DNA of 63,444 nucleotides, counting the filler, from Corallochytrium limacisporum Hawaii (taxonomy: Eukaryota > Protista > Pluriformea), in NCBI GenBank assembly GCA_002811645.1. It is 6 parts of 6 records of this genome, joined end to end, with 100 filler letters (N's around TTAATTAATTAA, not from the genome) between each part and the next. Parts side by side here need not be neighbours in the genome. Positions count along the whole stretch, not along the records: positions 1 to 30,917 come from PDIP01000146.1; positions 31,018 to 40,042 come from PDIP01000131.1; 4 more parts are not named here. One strand, written 5' to 3'. The notes beneath the pieces were generated by a model. That model did no database searches. It saw only the letters and a list, made by a program, of their open reading frames with translations, and had not been told where the DNA came from. Position numbers and translations under genes: made by a program. How positions within the stretch are numbered: position 1 is the first letter of the stretch; each line of letters starts with the position of its first letter. Below are positions 21,977 to 31,789 of this stretch, piece by piece.

Positions 21977-22946
21977 TCACTGCGCACCATAGCTCAAGGG
22001 GCGGACAATGTCCCGTACCTGTTGCACAGTTGCTGTGATGGAATTCGGCGTCAAGGCTTTAGCTTCAACACCACGGATGGTCTGCCCAACTTGGAGCAGA
22101 CTATGCTGCACCTCGCAGTCCTTTTCAATGATGGGATGTTCGCATGGCAGGACGTCGATGCGGACATTATACACAAGTGCGATGTTACCGTCATATAAGC
22201 AGTACGTAAGGGGCACAGGGAGCATATTCGTCCATTCCTTTCTTATTGTCCTCGCGTTCTTCACCATCTTCTGCCTGTGCCTCTGCTTCTTATCGTTTCA
22301 GAGCAAGTACTTTGCAAAGTCCCTCCGTGATCTCCAAACTGACGCCATGAAGAGCACCCTTCACTGTAAATATGATACCCTTTGAGTTCTCCTGAGGTGT
22401 TAGACTCCAGTTCTCCATGGGCCGATTCTGTGCCACATTGTGAAACAAGGCGAACTTGCAGGGACTAGAAGCACGAAATTTGATAGTGGCAGCTTCCCCA
22501 GTGGCCTGGCCAAGTTGTGCTTCCCGCTTCACGTCAAGAATCATGCTGCCATTAGAGGATTCTGTGAGAATTTGCGATCCAAAAGCGCTGCCAGGCGGAG
22601 AATGTGCGTCTGCCTGCTCTGCGTTTGGCTCCACTGCTTGACCACCTGTAGCGGGTTGGCCCTCTTCAATTCCTCCTCTGGCTAGTGCCTGCGAAGGCAT
22701 TTCACTTTCCTGCCGAGGCGCTGACGGCAAACCCGGAATTTCAAGATCTACTTGGAAGAGATCCTTGCTTGTCCATTCCGCCTGTGTCTGCGGCTGCATC
22801 ATCAGCTTTACATCTGTTAGACGATGTGTGCACAGCATGAATGCACTCCCAGAGCTAGAAATCTCAGAAGTGCGACTCCTTGAACTGCTCGTTCTAACAC
22901 CGCCCATGGCGCTGCCCTTAGCAGATCCTTTCTTTGACTTGCCCAT
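21977..22946 (-). CDS. Hypothetical protein split into two frames (22290-22946, then 21977-~22297)
   Basis: The ORF from ATG 22946 stops at 22290, but the +1 frame is open from ~22297 to 21977, ending 89 bp from the convergent PHD gene. Removing one A from CTGAAACG gives a single ORF of ~322 aa. Confidence 0.55.
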
Positions 22947-23298
22947 TTTGAAACTGTTCTTGCACTGCTCTTCCGGGAGCCTCTTCGCTCCACAATCGAG
23001 TTCTTGGAACAAACGTCCAAGCCTCCAGGTGCTTCTAGAGTTTCAATTTCTGGTAAGGGTGGTGGCCAAAACTGAAAACTGGGTGGGTGATGACCCAGCA
23101 AGAGGTGGGCTAAGAACCCCGGATCCTTTCTTGACCTCAGACCCACCTCACCGTCTCCCCAGAACGGGAATCCTTAGGAGACCCCTTTCCCTCTTTTACA
23201 GGTTACCCCAGGAGGAGAAACGGGGTGCGCACGAGAGCGGGATAGAAACATCCGGAGCGCCTGTAATTGGGCCTCTCCCCTTCTCTTGTACCTGGAGG

Positions 23299-23308
23299 GG
23301 CGCGAAAA
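23299..23308 (+). promoter_or_regulatory. E2F-like site GGCGCGAAAA upstream of HUS1
   Basis: Identical to the 10-mer upstream of RTEL1; ~250 bp before the ATG. Confidence 0.5.
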
Positions 23309-23556
23309 GAGTCCATGGGGCGCTGATGCTGAGGTAAGCCGTGACAATGAGACCCAATCTTGTAGCCTTGCCAGTTATGCCATCGCTGTAGATATTTAAG
23401 ATGTTACGTGATGTAGACTGCTGTTGGCCTACATAATGATAGGTTTGTAAAGGCAGAGAAAATTCTGAGGCAAAAACAATCGGAGTGTGTTCGAAAACTT
23501 CATGGACATGATGGTAGTCACTTGTATCCTAATCTTTGACACGTGAGAGTTGAGCT

Positions 23557-24384
23557 ATGCGCTTTCGTGCCATCAATTATGACGGGAACATCACCCGCCT
23601 CTTCCTTGTCGTCAGCAATATTGAAAGGATGGCTAAGTACTGCGTAATGGGAATGTCTGATGATCGGGTCTACTTTGTGGTGATTGGGGAGGGTCGGGAA
23701 CGTAAGGGATCGCTCTGGTGCCAGCTGCGGACTGACATGTTTGATGACTATCGCATCCTATCGCAATACCCAAGAAATGAGATCAGGGCAGAGGTTGGAC
23801 TTGAGAATTTACTCCGAGCCTTAAAGTCTGCTCAAGGATCAGAGAAAGTGACGTTTCGGCTTACGAAAAGGATTCCCAAGGGTGCATTATCAATCATGGC
23901 AACTAAGCAGACAGCGGCAGAAAATCAAAGGGAACTGATACAGGACATTCCTATTATGCGAATAGATCCCACGGATACTCCAGAGTACGACATTCCTTCG
24001 AATTTTCCGGACCCTCAAGTTTCGATCTACATGCCGGACATTAGACGACTGAGGACAATCCTTGAACGACTGCGGGCAATGTCAAATCAGATAACGCTGC
24101 GAGCGAATCACATCGGAGAGCTGTTCCTAGAAGTTAACACGGATGCAGTGAACATCAGTGTCTTGTTCAGCAACGTGAAATACACCAAGATCAACCAACT
24201 ACCACCAGGAGTTACGGATCGATCGGAATCGTTCTATGTGTGCGTCGACAGCCGTGCGCTGGCCAGTTTTATTGCCGGGGCACATTCGCAGCAGCTTACA
24301 ACAAATATCGTACACGAGAGATCCTTGATCATCCTTGATACAGAGCACGGTACGATGACGTACTCGATGCCACATATTATGTGA
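23557..24384 (+). CDS. HUS1: Checkpoint clamp (9-1-1) subunit HUS1
   Basis: 275 aa. MRFRA N-terminus, FDDYRI, ENLLRALKSA, RLTK, QDIPI, PQVSIYMP, LRANHIGELFLEV and terminal YSMP follow the Hus1/Mec3 pattern. Confidence 0.87.
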   Translation: MRFRAINYDGNITRLFLVVSNIERMAKYCVMGMSDDRVYFVVIGEGRERKGSLWCQLRTDMFDDYRILSQYPRNEIRAEVGLENLLRALKSAQGSEKVTFRLTKRIPKGALSIMATKQTAAENQRELIQDIPIMRIDPTDTPEYDIPSNFPDPQVSIYMPDIRRLRTILERLRAMSNQITLRANHIGELFLEVNTDAVNISVLFSNVKYTKINQLPPGVTDRSESFYVCVDSRALASFIAGAHSQQLTTNIVHERSLIILDTEHGTMTYSMPHIM

Positions 24385-24407
24385 AAATAGTAAACAATAT
24401 ATTACCG

Positions 24408-25754
24408 TTAAGACTTCAGAAGGAAATCAGGGCGTTTCATCACCATAAAGTTCATCATCAATTCCCAGAAGCGTCGCACTGCTGGTTGATCGAGATGACG
24501 ACGGGACTGAGAAACGCTTACTGTTTGGACATTCCACTGTTTGATGTGTTCTGGTACCTTCTCGTCATTGTAGTGTACGTATACTCCAAGCATCATTTGG
24601 AAAATTTGGGCAATGCTTGCCATCGGCCACTCTCTGAACTGCCATTCAGGACCGGCAATGAATACTGCGACCACATTCTCCCAGTCTTGCCGCGATAGCC
24701 GCTTGATGTTGTCCACAACCCTGAACGTCAACAGCTGATCATCTGTCCTGTGGATAATATAGTCGGTGTCCTTGTCCGGGCGCTTTGCCCCATTCTCTTT
24801 CATCTGTCTAGTTGTAAAGAATTGACCATCCTGTAAGAATTGTTTCGCATTGAAGATTGTTATCTTGGCAGTCTGTACGTTGGGCACAATAATGATGGGC
24901 TTGGCAGTGTTTGTGGGCTGTGCCACGCTGCTTCCTGTGTTATTCTTAGTAGACGCATCCGGGGCATTGCCTTTGCCCAGAATGTCTCCACCAAGACCAC
25001 TATAGGGGTCAATTTGAAAGTCACCGTGGTCTTTCATGCGGTCCTTCATGTAGTCGTCTTGCTTGCGCTCGAAACGGTTGTAGTTTCCTGTTCCTTCCTT
25101 CTGCTTCTGAGCATTCTTCGCCCGACGCCGGTTCACACCATTCATGATCTCAAGAACAGACCCAAAACTCTTCGTATTGCTACCGAGAACAGAGTTGCGT
25201 GTGCACAGGATGCGTTCACGCTTCATCATAGCCTTAATGAATGCAATTTCGGGTGCATCATCCGCAGCAGGCTTTCCACGATCCAGAGCAGGTTCGGCGT
25301 CACCGGTTTCCCTCCTCTTCGCTTCTTCATCTGTCTTCTGTGCCTTTTCTGGCTTGGGTTCATCAAAATCTTCATCAGCAAGGCGCTTATGACCCTTCAA
25401 ATCTGATACCGGAATAACAGAGCCACCAGTAAACACTGTTGGATCCACATTTGCACTAGTCGCCTTTTCATCCTGCAGGTACTTGAGTAGATCTTTCCGA
25501 TGAACAAATTCGATACGCCCGACATTGTGTTTAGAAGTCAGCTGCAGATATTCGTGATGTGGTACGTTCGAATGCTGTAGAAAGAACCATAATGTCCCAA
25601 TAGTGTAAAAGTCGTCACTGTTCTTTTTCCGCTGGTATGCAGTCTTCGCTTCTTTAGGTACGGCTTTGTCGTCGAAAACAAGGTACTCGCCTTCGTCGAC
25701 AATTGGTTTCTGTGCCTTCGAAAAGGAGCGCAGAAGAGTCAGGGGATCAGACAT
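24408..25754 (-). CDS. CDC73: Parafibromin / PAF1 complex subunit CDC73
   Basis: Starts MSDPLTLLR (ATG 25754). RKDLLKYL, PIIIVP, ITIFNAKQFLQDG, DWENVVAVFIAGPEWQFREWP and SRRHLD are CDC73 hallmarks. Confidence 0.93.
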   Translation of the reverse strand: MSDPLTLLRSFSKAQKPIVDEGEYLVFDDKAVPKEAKTAYQRKKNSDDFYTIGTLWFFLQHSNVPHHEYLQLTSKHNVGRIEFVHRKDLLKYLQDEKATSANVDPTVFTGGSVIPVSDLKGHKRLADEDFDEPKPEKAQKTDEEAKRRETGDAEPALDRGKPAADDAPEIAFIKAMMKRERILCTRNSVLGSNTKSFGSVLEIMNGVNRRRAKNAQKQKEGTGNYNRFERKQDDYMKDRMKDHGDFQIDPYSGLGGDILGKGNAPDASTKNNTGSSVAQPTNTAKPIIIVPNVQTAKITIFNAKQFLQDGQFFTTRQMKENGAKRPDKDTDYIIHRTDDQLLTFRVVDNIKRLSRQDWENVVAVFIAGPEWQFREWPMASIAQIFQMMLGVYVHYNDEKVPEHIKQWNVQTVSVSQSRRHLDQPAVRRFWELMMNFMVMKRPDFLLKS

Positions 25755-26908
25755 GTCTGCTACCAGGTAGTACGCAACCGTTAACACCCTTCAATACTGT
25801 CTTCGCTCGTACACCTAACCCACTGACTACGGGCCAACTGGCGACAAGACAGTCAAATGAAATACTCAGATTTCAATTATTTGTAAGCCATTCAAAAGCA
25901 TTTCACAAGTCCGAAATACAAAAATTACAAATACCTGTGCACCGTGCATGCTTGTCCGCCTGAATTAATATTGTTGTTGTGGTCTTTCCTTTCGTCGACA
26001 ATCCCGGGCGCTTGCACACGCATATCAAGGCGCCCCCCTCCCCGCCTCTTCCCGGTCCCGGTCCACAACTCACCAAGCCAGGGACCCTTGCCCACCTGGC
26101 TCGGCCTCCGCTGGGCTGGGGGTGGCTGTTTCCATTCCCCTTCCCCGCCGGGCCCTCCGGGGCCTATTAAATCTCCGCCCGCTTTTTCATTTTCTTGCTC
26201 CGTCTTCCCNNNNNNNNNNNNNNNNNNNNNNNNNNNNNNNNNNNNNNNNNNNNNNNNNNNNNNNNNNNNNNNNNNNNNNNNNNNNNNNNNNNNNNNNNNN
26301 NNNNNNNNNNNNNNNNNNNNNNNNNNNNNNNNNNNNNNNNNNNNNNNNNNNNNNNNNNNNNNNNNNNNNNNNNNNNNNNNNNNNNNNNNNNNNNNNNNNN
26401 NNNNNNNNNNNNNNNNNNNNCAACTCCCCCGCCATTTCCCAATTCGGACCTGGACCTTCTTGGCTTCCCCCCTGATACGCGAAGCAGCGACGGGAGCCCG
26501 GGTCAGGGGAGAGAAGCAAACACGGAGGGAGCACTGAAAGATGCTTTCTCCGCTGCTGCTCCTCCTCCTCCTCCTCGTGTTCCTCCTCAGGAGCTCCTCT
26601 TCGGTGTCAACCGCTCTTTTTGCGCCCGTCGTCATCGTCCTGCCGTAATTCCGCCGCCACTTGACCGGGCATCGCTATCTGGTCCCGAAGCGGCGGATGG
26701 AACCCGGAATATTACACGGAAGGAGAAAAAAAAGAGAGGCAATATATAGGGGCGGATCGTACGACAACGCACCGATTGGTCCTCGGGGCCGGGCCTCGTG
26801 ACACTTTGGGACCGCGATATGGTCATGTGTATGCGATTCACCGCCACGTTGGTGGCGGAAGCCTTTTAATATCCTCTGTGGTATTTATGAGAGATCCCAT
26901 ATATCTTG

Positions 26909-27757
26909 ATGGTGGCTGGAAATCATTCGACAAACGATCAAGATCGTAAGGGAAAGCACCGTGAACGACGTACCAAGCGGAACGACGACGACCCAGAATG
27001 TGACGGAAGAGTAGTCCAAAACAGCCGGATGGGACGACCAGCCAGGAGTGGCGGTATGATTGTCTTTGTCGCCAGACATGGCGAAACGGCCAGCAATAAA
27101 GAGAGAAAGATTCAAGGACATGCAGACGTTCCGTTGAATGACAAAGGCTTTGAACAAGCCAGGAAACTTGGAATTCGTCTGGCAGGAGTGCATATCGACA
27201 AAATCTATTGTAGTGATCTTCTGCGCGCCAAACAGACCTGCGATATGATTTTGGACGAGAGGGGATCAGAGCCAGAGCTCGAATATACCGAGCTTGCCAG
27301 AGAAAAGGCAGCGGGAGTACTGCAGGGCAGGTCCCTGAAAGAGTGGTTCAAAGCTGTGCGAGAGAGCGGACAGAAGGAATGGGAGTTCTGTCCTGAGGGT
27401 GGAGAGTCCTGGCACGATGTCCGGGATCGGGCTGAGCTGTTGTATACAAGGATCTTAGAGAACCATGCAGATACACAGGAGACCGTTTTGATTGTCTCTC
27501 ACGGGGGATTCATTAAGGAACTGCTTGCTTGCTTCAACCACAGCAGTCGTCTTTTCCCAAACAATGCACAGAACTGCTGTATTTATCAATTCAAAATGAG
27601 CCCTCGGACAAAGAAGATGATTACAATGCTGTACAATGACACTGGACATTTGAGGGACAGAGAGGTCCACACCTCGCTGTCATCATCACAGTCCAACAGC
27701 CAAACAGAGGCCTGCAGCCAAACCACAGAGCCTGAGGAGGCCGTTGAATCTCAATGA
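26909..27757 (+). CDS. Histidine phosphatase of the phosphoglycerate mutase family, TIGAR-like
   Basis: RHGET, SDLLRAKQT, PEGGES and LIVSHGG motifs. The start is uncertain (ATG at 26909, 27029 or 27056). Confidence 0.85.
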   Translation: MVAGNHSTNDQDRKGKHRERRTKRNDDDPECDGRVVQNSRMGRPARSGGMIVFVARHGETASNKERKIQGHADVPLNDKGFEQARKLGIRLAGVHIDKIYCSDLLRAKQTCDMILDERGSEPELEYTELAREKAAGVLQGRSLKEWFKAVRESGQKEWEFCPEGGESWHDVRDRAELLYTRILENHADTQETVLIVSHGGFIKELLACFNHSSRLFPNNAQNCCIYQFKMSPRTKKMITMLYNDTGHLRDREVHTSLSSSQSNSQTEACSQTTEPEEAVESQ

Positions 27758-27840
27758 GAAAACACGCGTCATCACATTCGAGGATTGTTCGGTTGCATTT
27801 TATCCCATAATATTAATTATACATGATCACTAATGAACAT

Positions 27841-29811
27841 TCACGTCCTGCGCTTTCGTTCCCTGTCAATGTTTTCTGCGATATCATACGCGGCAGACTC
27901 TACTCTGGTCTGCACCTCTTCATTATGCCCAGCTGCTATGAATGCCAGGTCTTTTTGAAGTTCCTGATTACCCAGGATGCCGATGTGGTCTCCAGTCTCC
28001 TGATTGCCGAGCAAAGCACCCATTGCAGATGCCGCGTTTGGATACTCTTTTGTGACAATCTTCATGCCGGAGGGATTGTGGGGAGTAGTGCCATTCCAGA
28101 GGCTGACACATGGGTAGGACAAACTCAACAGCGGTACTGTTGCATCTCCATCAGATGTCCGGACACCTGCAGCAATGCCATCGTTCCAGTAGTTTTGTGA
28201 CTTGTCAATCACATACTTTGGGTACCCCTCTGCGTCGGACTCCATGTAGTAATATCCACGTTCAGCAGGTAACCCAGTGCCATAAAGACAGTAAATGGAC
28301 ATCTCAGGAGCATATGGGAGCGACTGACTGAGAATATTGGTCCAGTATTTGGACTCATCATATTTCGGATCCTGTGGATTGTCCACAAATCCCTTGTAAA
28401 AGTCGCTGTCAAGCCATTTCTCCACCATGGGTCCCACCCGTCTGACTTCCTTCTCTGCCCCTTCCACAGTCATGGATTCTTCGCTTTGTCCTTCTCGAGC
28501 ACATGCAAACAAATCACCGTATGTTGTCAAGTTGTTCCCAATCAAATCATCGGGTGCCCAGGTATGGTTTCCCCAAATCGCTTCACCCCCCACAGGCATC
28601 ATCAAATGCAGAGATCCCCATGTTTGCCACAATGATCTACGTCGAAGAAGGTCAAAAAAAGGCCCAACACCACCCAAATTGCCATCCAAGGGCCCCAGTA
28701 GAGCAGTTTCCTTGAACTCACCAGATGCAAGCGCTGCAGAGCTCTTTGGAAGTCCCAAGAGCGGCCCACCAATATTGACAACGGCGTGGATGTGATTGTG
28801 CACCCATCGGTCACCACCTTTTCCACCCTTCTCACTCTCCACCCATTTCAAGAAATAGTGCCCGTAGGGTGCCCCCATAGAATGAGCATAGATGACTACC
28901 TTCTTTTCGTTGAGGTCGACCGCAATCTCAATGGTATTCTTCATTCTTGTGAAGAAGCGGTCACGCTCTTCTAGCTTACGGGGACCCAGACGCCAGTCAT
29001 ATGGCAGTAAAGCCATATTGTTCTTATCATAGCCGAGGGCCCCGAACGCTTCAATAACTGGCGCCCAGACCCAGTAACCAGGCATGAAAAAGTCAGCAGC
29101 CTCAAAACCATCAGCTGGCCGTAGTTTCACCCCTTCCGGATCCTTACCCGTTTCCGGATCGAGCATAAGATGCTGAACCCAGCAGTCTGGGTTGAGAAGG
29201 GCGGCACGAATCATGCTAAAATTACCCCAAATACGCTTCCTGAAATTTCCCTTCATACACTCTGTTCCAGCCCAAACCTCCAGACCACTGGTAATGAACC
29301 CTGGCATTAAGATTGCAGGGTGCTTAGCTTCAACTCCCAGTTCTTTAAATATGTCTTCTGCAAGTGACTTCGCATCCGTGACTGAGTCCTTGACCTGTTC
29401 ATAGTACTCCTCAAATATTTCTCCAAATGCAAGCTCACGTAGGTACGGAACTCGCAGAATCTCACTTAGCATTGTGGTATTCACATTTGGCAGATAGTCA
29501 CCAATGCCGTACTCCAGCGATGCTCTAAACGACAGAAAGGCTTCAGCATCACTATACTGATATGTGGCTGCTGCAAACAAAACTCCAAGAAAGATGCCCA
29601 CAAACAACATCAGCTCTGACCCCAGTCGAATTCTAGGCAATCGTTCGCGGCGAGACTTGGAGTAGTGCCTCCCGTAGGAACGCTGACGCAAAGGATTTCT
29701 CGCTGAAGTCAGCACTCCGTGCGTAGATGCTCGTGTAAGTCTTGACCGGCTTGTTTGCGGGGACGACGGAGCCCGAAAGTCCTCATCGTTTAGAGAGTGA
29801 CGCTTGCTCAT
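27841..29811 (-). CDS. LRO1: Phospholipid:diacylglycerol acyltransferase (PDAT/LRO1, LCAT family)
   Basis: 656 aa. N-terminal TM helix, PGFITSGLEVW, GYWVW, PYDWRL, HSMG nucleophile, DGDATVPLLSL, DHIGILG. Confidence 0.9.
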   Translation of the reverse strand: MSKRHSLNDEDFRAPSSPQTSRSRLTRASTHGVLTSARNPLRQRSYGRHYSKSRRERLPRIRLGSELMLFVGIFLGVLFAAATYQYSDAEAFLSFRASLEYGIGDYLPNVNTTMLSEILRVPYLRELAFGEIFEEYYEQVKDSVTDAKSLAEDIFKELGVEAKHPAILMPGFITSGLEVWAGTECMKGNFRKRIWGNFSMIRAALLNPDCWVQHLMLDPETGKDPEGVKLRPADGFEAADFFMPGYWVWAPVIEAFGALGYDKNNMALLPYDWRLGPRKLEERDRFFTRMKNTIEIAVDLNEKKVVIYAHSMGAPYGHYFLKWVESEKGGKGGDRWVHNHIHAVVNIGGPLLGLPKSSAALASGEFKETALLGPLDGNLGGVGPFFDLLRRRSLWQTWGSLHLMMPVGGEAIWGNHTWAPDDLIGNNLTTYGDLFACAREGQSEESMTVEGAEKEVRRVGPMVEKWLDSDFYKGFVDNPQDPKYDESKYWTNILSQSLPYAPEMSIYCLYGTGLPAERGYYYMESDAEGYPKYVIDKSQNYWNDGIAAGVRTSDGDATVPLLSLSYPCVSLWNGTTPHNPSGMKIVTKEYPNAASAMGALLGNQETGDHIGILGNQELQKDLAFIAAGHNEEVQTRVESAAYDIAENIDRERKRRT

Positions 29812-30687
29812 TGTGCTGCGTCACAAGGTTGATCAAAGCTACAATTTTGCCTTTCCTAGAAGAAGACTGCCAAGTACATCATAACGCTGAGTACTTCAAT
29901 GTCCAGCTTTCATAGACGAAGTTGATACTTCCCGCAGCCACACTTCAAGATCTGCAGAAGCTCCATGAAACTTGTCAAATATCTTTTTGTTACTCTCCGT
30001 ACTTGTTACAATCCGCGCTCGTAAATGGAATATGCATATGCGCCCCTCCACTGCGACTGACCCCGTCATAACAGCTTCTGTACCGTTACTGTTGGTACGG
30101 CGGTACCGCCCACCCACTAATCCGTACGCGCGGGTCGTTTTACAGCAGTGGCACCTTTGGTTGTTGGGTGGCTGAGCCGAAATCGCCCGAGGGACCCTCG
30201 TCAATAGGGAACCCCATCTAAGAATCTGGCTTCCCATTTGTTTCATGTGATTTCTTAGCCCTACCACCGTACCAATTTTACATATTCAGGTGTTGCGCAT
30301 ACATCAGAAAACCCGAGACCGCCGCTTTCCGCAGGCAGGCCTCAGCACACTAAGGTCATCTGGTGGCACACATCCCGTCATGCACCATCTGTTCAGCATG
30401 TCCTCAACCACCATGCGAGCCCACAGTCGGCGGCGCGCAGGGGAATGGAGCCCGGAAACCATTCGTTCTCGTAGTCAGCGAACAGTTCGCCAATCAAGAT
30501 GCTTGTCCCACTGACCGCGATAAATTCTTGCAGTCGTTTAGTCACCTGTGTCTTTTGTAGAACGCAGCATGATGATATGGCACTGTCCGACTGATGTTCC
30601 GATTGTGAATCATTACGTCCCGGTCGGATTGTGCCCCAAGATGGAAAGAAAGCAGTGAGTCTCTGGGCGATTGGCTTTTCAATGAGG

Positions 30688-30917
30688 TACCACCCTCTGT
30701 CTGGTATGTCAGGGTCAAAACTCCGAAAAACTTGACTCCCGAGGATCTTTTTCAATCTTGATTGTATAATAATTTATATTGATTCTATTCTATTTCATTA
30801 TATTTTGCTCTTTTTAACAATCATTTACAAATATTTCAATAGCTGATTCAAACGAAGAGTCCCTGCTACTCTCAAAAATGGACTATTTTGACTTTGGCTT
30901 GACATTGAACACATCGT
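30688..30917 (+). mobile_element. Terminus of the same mariner/Stowaway-like element as at 1-229, truncated at the scaffold end
   Basis: TA|CCACCCTCTGTCTGG...; about 98% identical inverted copy of 1-229. Confidence 0.75.
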
Positions 30918-31017
30918 NNNNNNNNNNNNNNNNNNNNNNNNNNNNNNNNNNNNNNNNNNNNTTAATTAATTAANNNNNNNNNNNNNNNNNNNNNNNNNNN
31001 NNNNNNNNNNNNNNNNN
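30918..31017. other. Artificial scaffold linker N44-TTAATTAATTAA-N44 (also 40043-40142, 52985-53084, 57387-57486, 61474-61573)
   Basis: An identical 100-nt spacer with a six-frame stop cassette occurs five times. Confidence 0.97.
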
Positions 31018-31030
31018 CTAACCCTAACCC
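31018..31030 (-). repeat. Telomeric repeat remnant (TTAGGG type)
   Basis: CTAACCCTAACCC exactly at the scaffold start; only ~2 units. Confidence 0.6.
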
Positions 31031-31200
31031 ACGTCACCGGCATCACCATCTGGGGCTGTTAGCTTCTGAAACTCAAACCACACCTTGTTCGTCTCTTTAT
31101 ATTGGAACACGTACACGCTGCCTGACGAGAAACCTTTGTCATCGTCAACCGATGCACCAATTGCTACACGGCTGCCCTCGTCAGATATGCTTAAGCCCAC

Positions 31201-31430
31201 CCCTGTTTTTCTCCTTTTTTTTTTCGTTCTTTCCTTTCTGGTGCGGAGACTTGCATTATTTTGACTCCGGGTTTTCTACGGGTACGTTCACCCCTTGCCG
31301 CACTCTATATTTAGCTTTGGGTTGGGGGTCCCCTGTTTTTCTCCTTTCTTTCTTTATTTTCTTTCCTTTCTGGTGCACGGAGACTTGCATTGTTTTGGCT
31401 CCGGGCTGTTTTCCGCGTACGTTCAGCCTG
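31201..31430 (+). repeat. Degenerate subtelomeric direct repeat, two copies, 130-bp period
   Basis: CCCTGTTTTTCTCCTTT...TTTCCTTTCTGGTGC..GGAGACTTGCATT..CTCCGGG..GTACGTTCA starting at 31201 and at 31331. Confidence 0.75.
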
Positions 31431-31789
31431 AAATACTGGACGTGTGATTTATCTGGCAGGGAGAGAGATCGCGCTTTGCCCTTGGGTACCCTGATGCGCC
31501 CTCAGTACGCTGGTAGCCACTGATCATCGAATCAGAACTGACACAGCTCTCCGAAAAAAAATTTTCGTTTCCTTTGTACTCTTTCCTTTGTTTTTTATGT
31601 TGTTTTCCTGGTGGTTGATTGGGGACCGCCGCGCATTTCGATGTCAGATACGGGACTGGCTTTTGGGATTGCTAGTCTATTTACTACCGATATGTGAGCT
31701 GCTCAAGGTGGGGTACTCAGTTCTGCAATGTCTTTCGGGTCGAAGCCGGTTCAGCTCGGAAAGACGGGGGCGCGATGTCACGGTGAATT

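Noticed and set aside
1-30917. Polinton, giant-virus or linear-plasmid interpretation of the inverted-repeat-bounded scaffold
   Set aside because: No pPolB, integrase, capsid, packaging ATPase or transposase. The cargo is ordinary nuclear housekeeping genes, one with a spliceosomal intron, and the termini face the wrong way for a simple cargo element.
30962-30973. Recurrent palindrome TTAATTAATTAA (5 copies)
   Set aside because: Always centred in 44+44 Ns; an artificial scaffold-joining stop linker, not biology.
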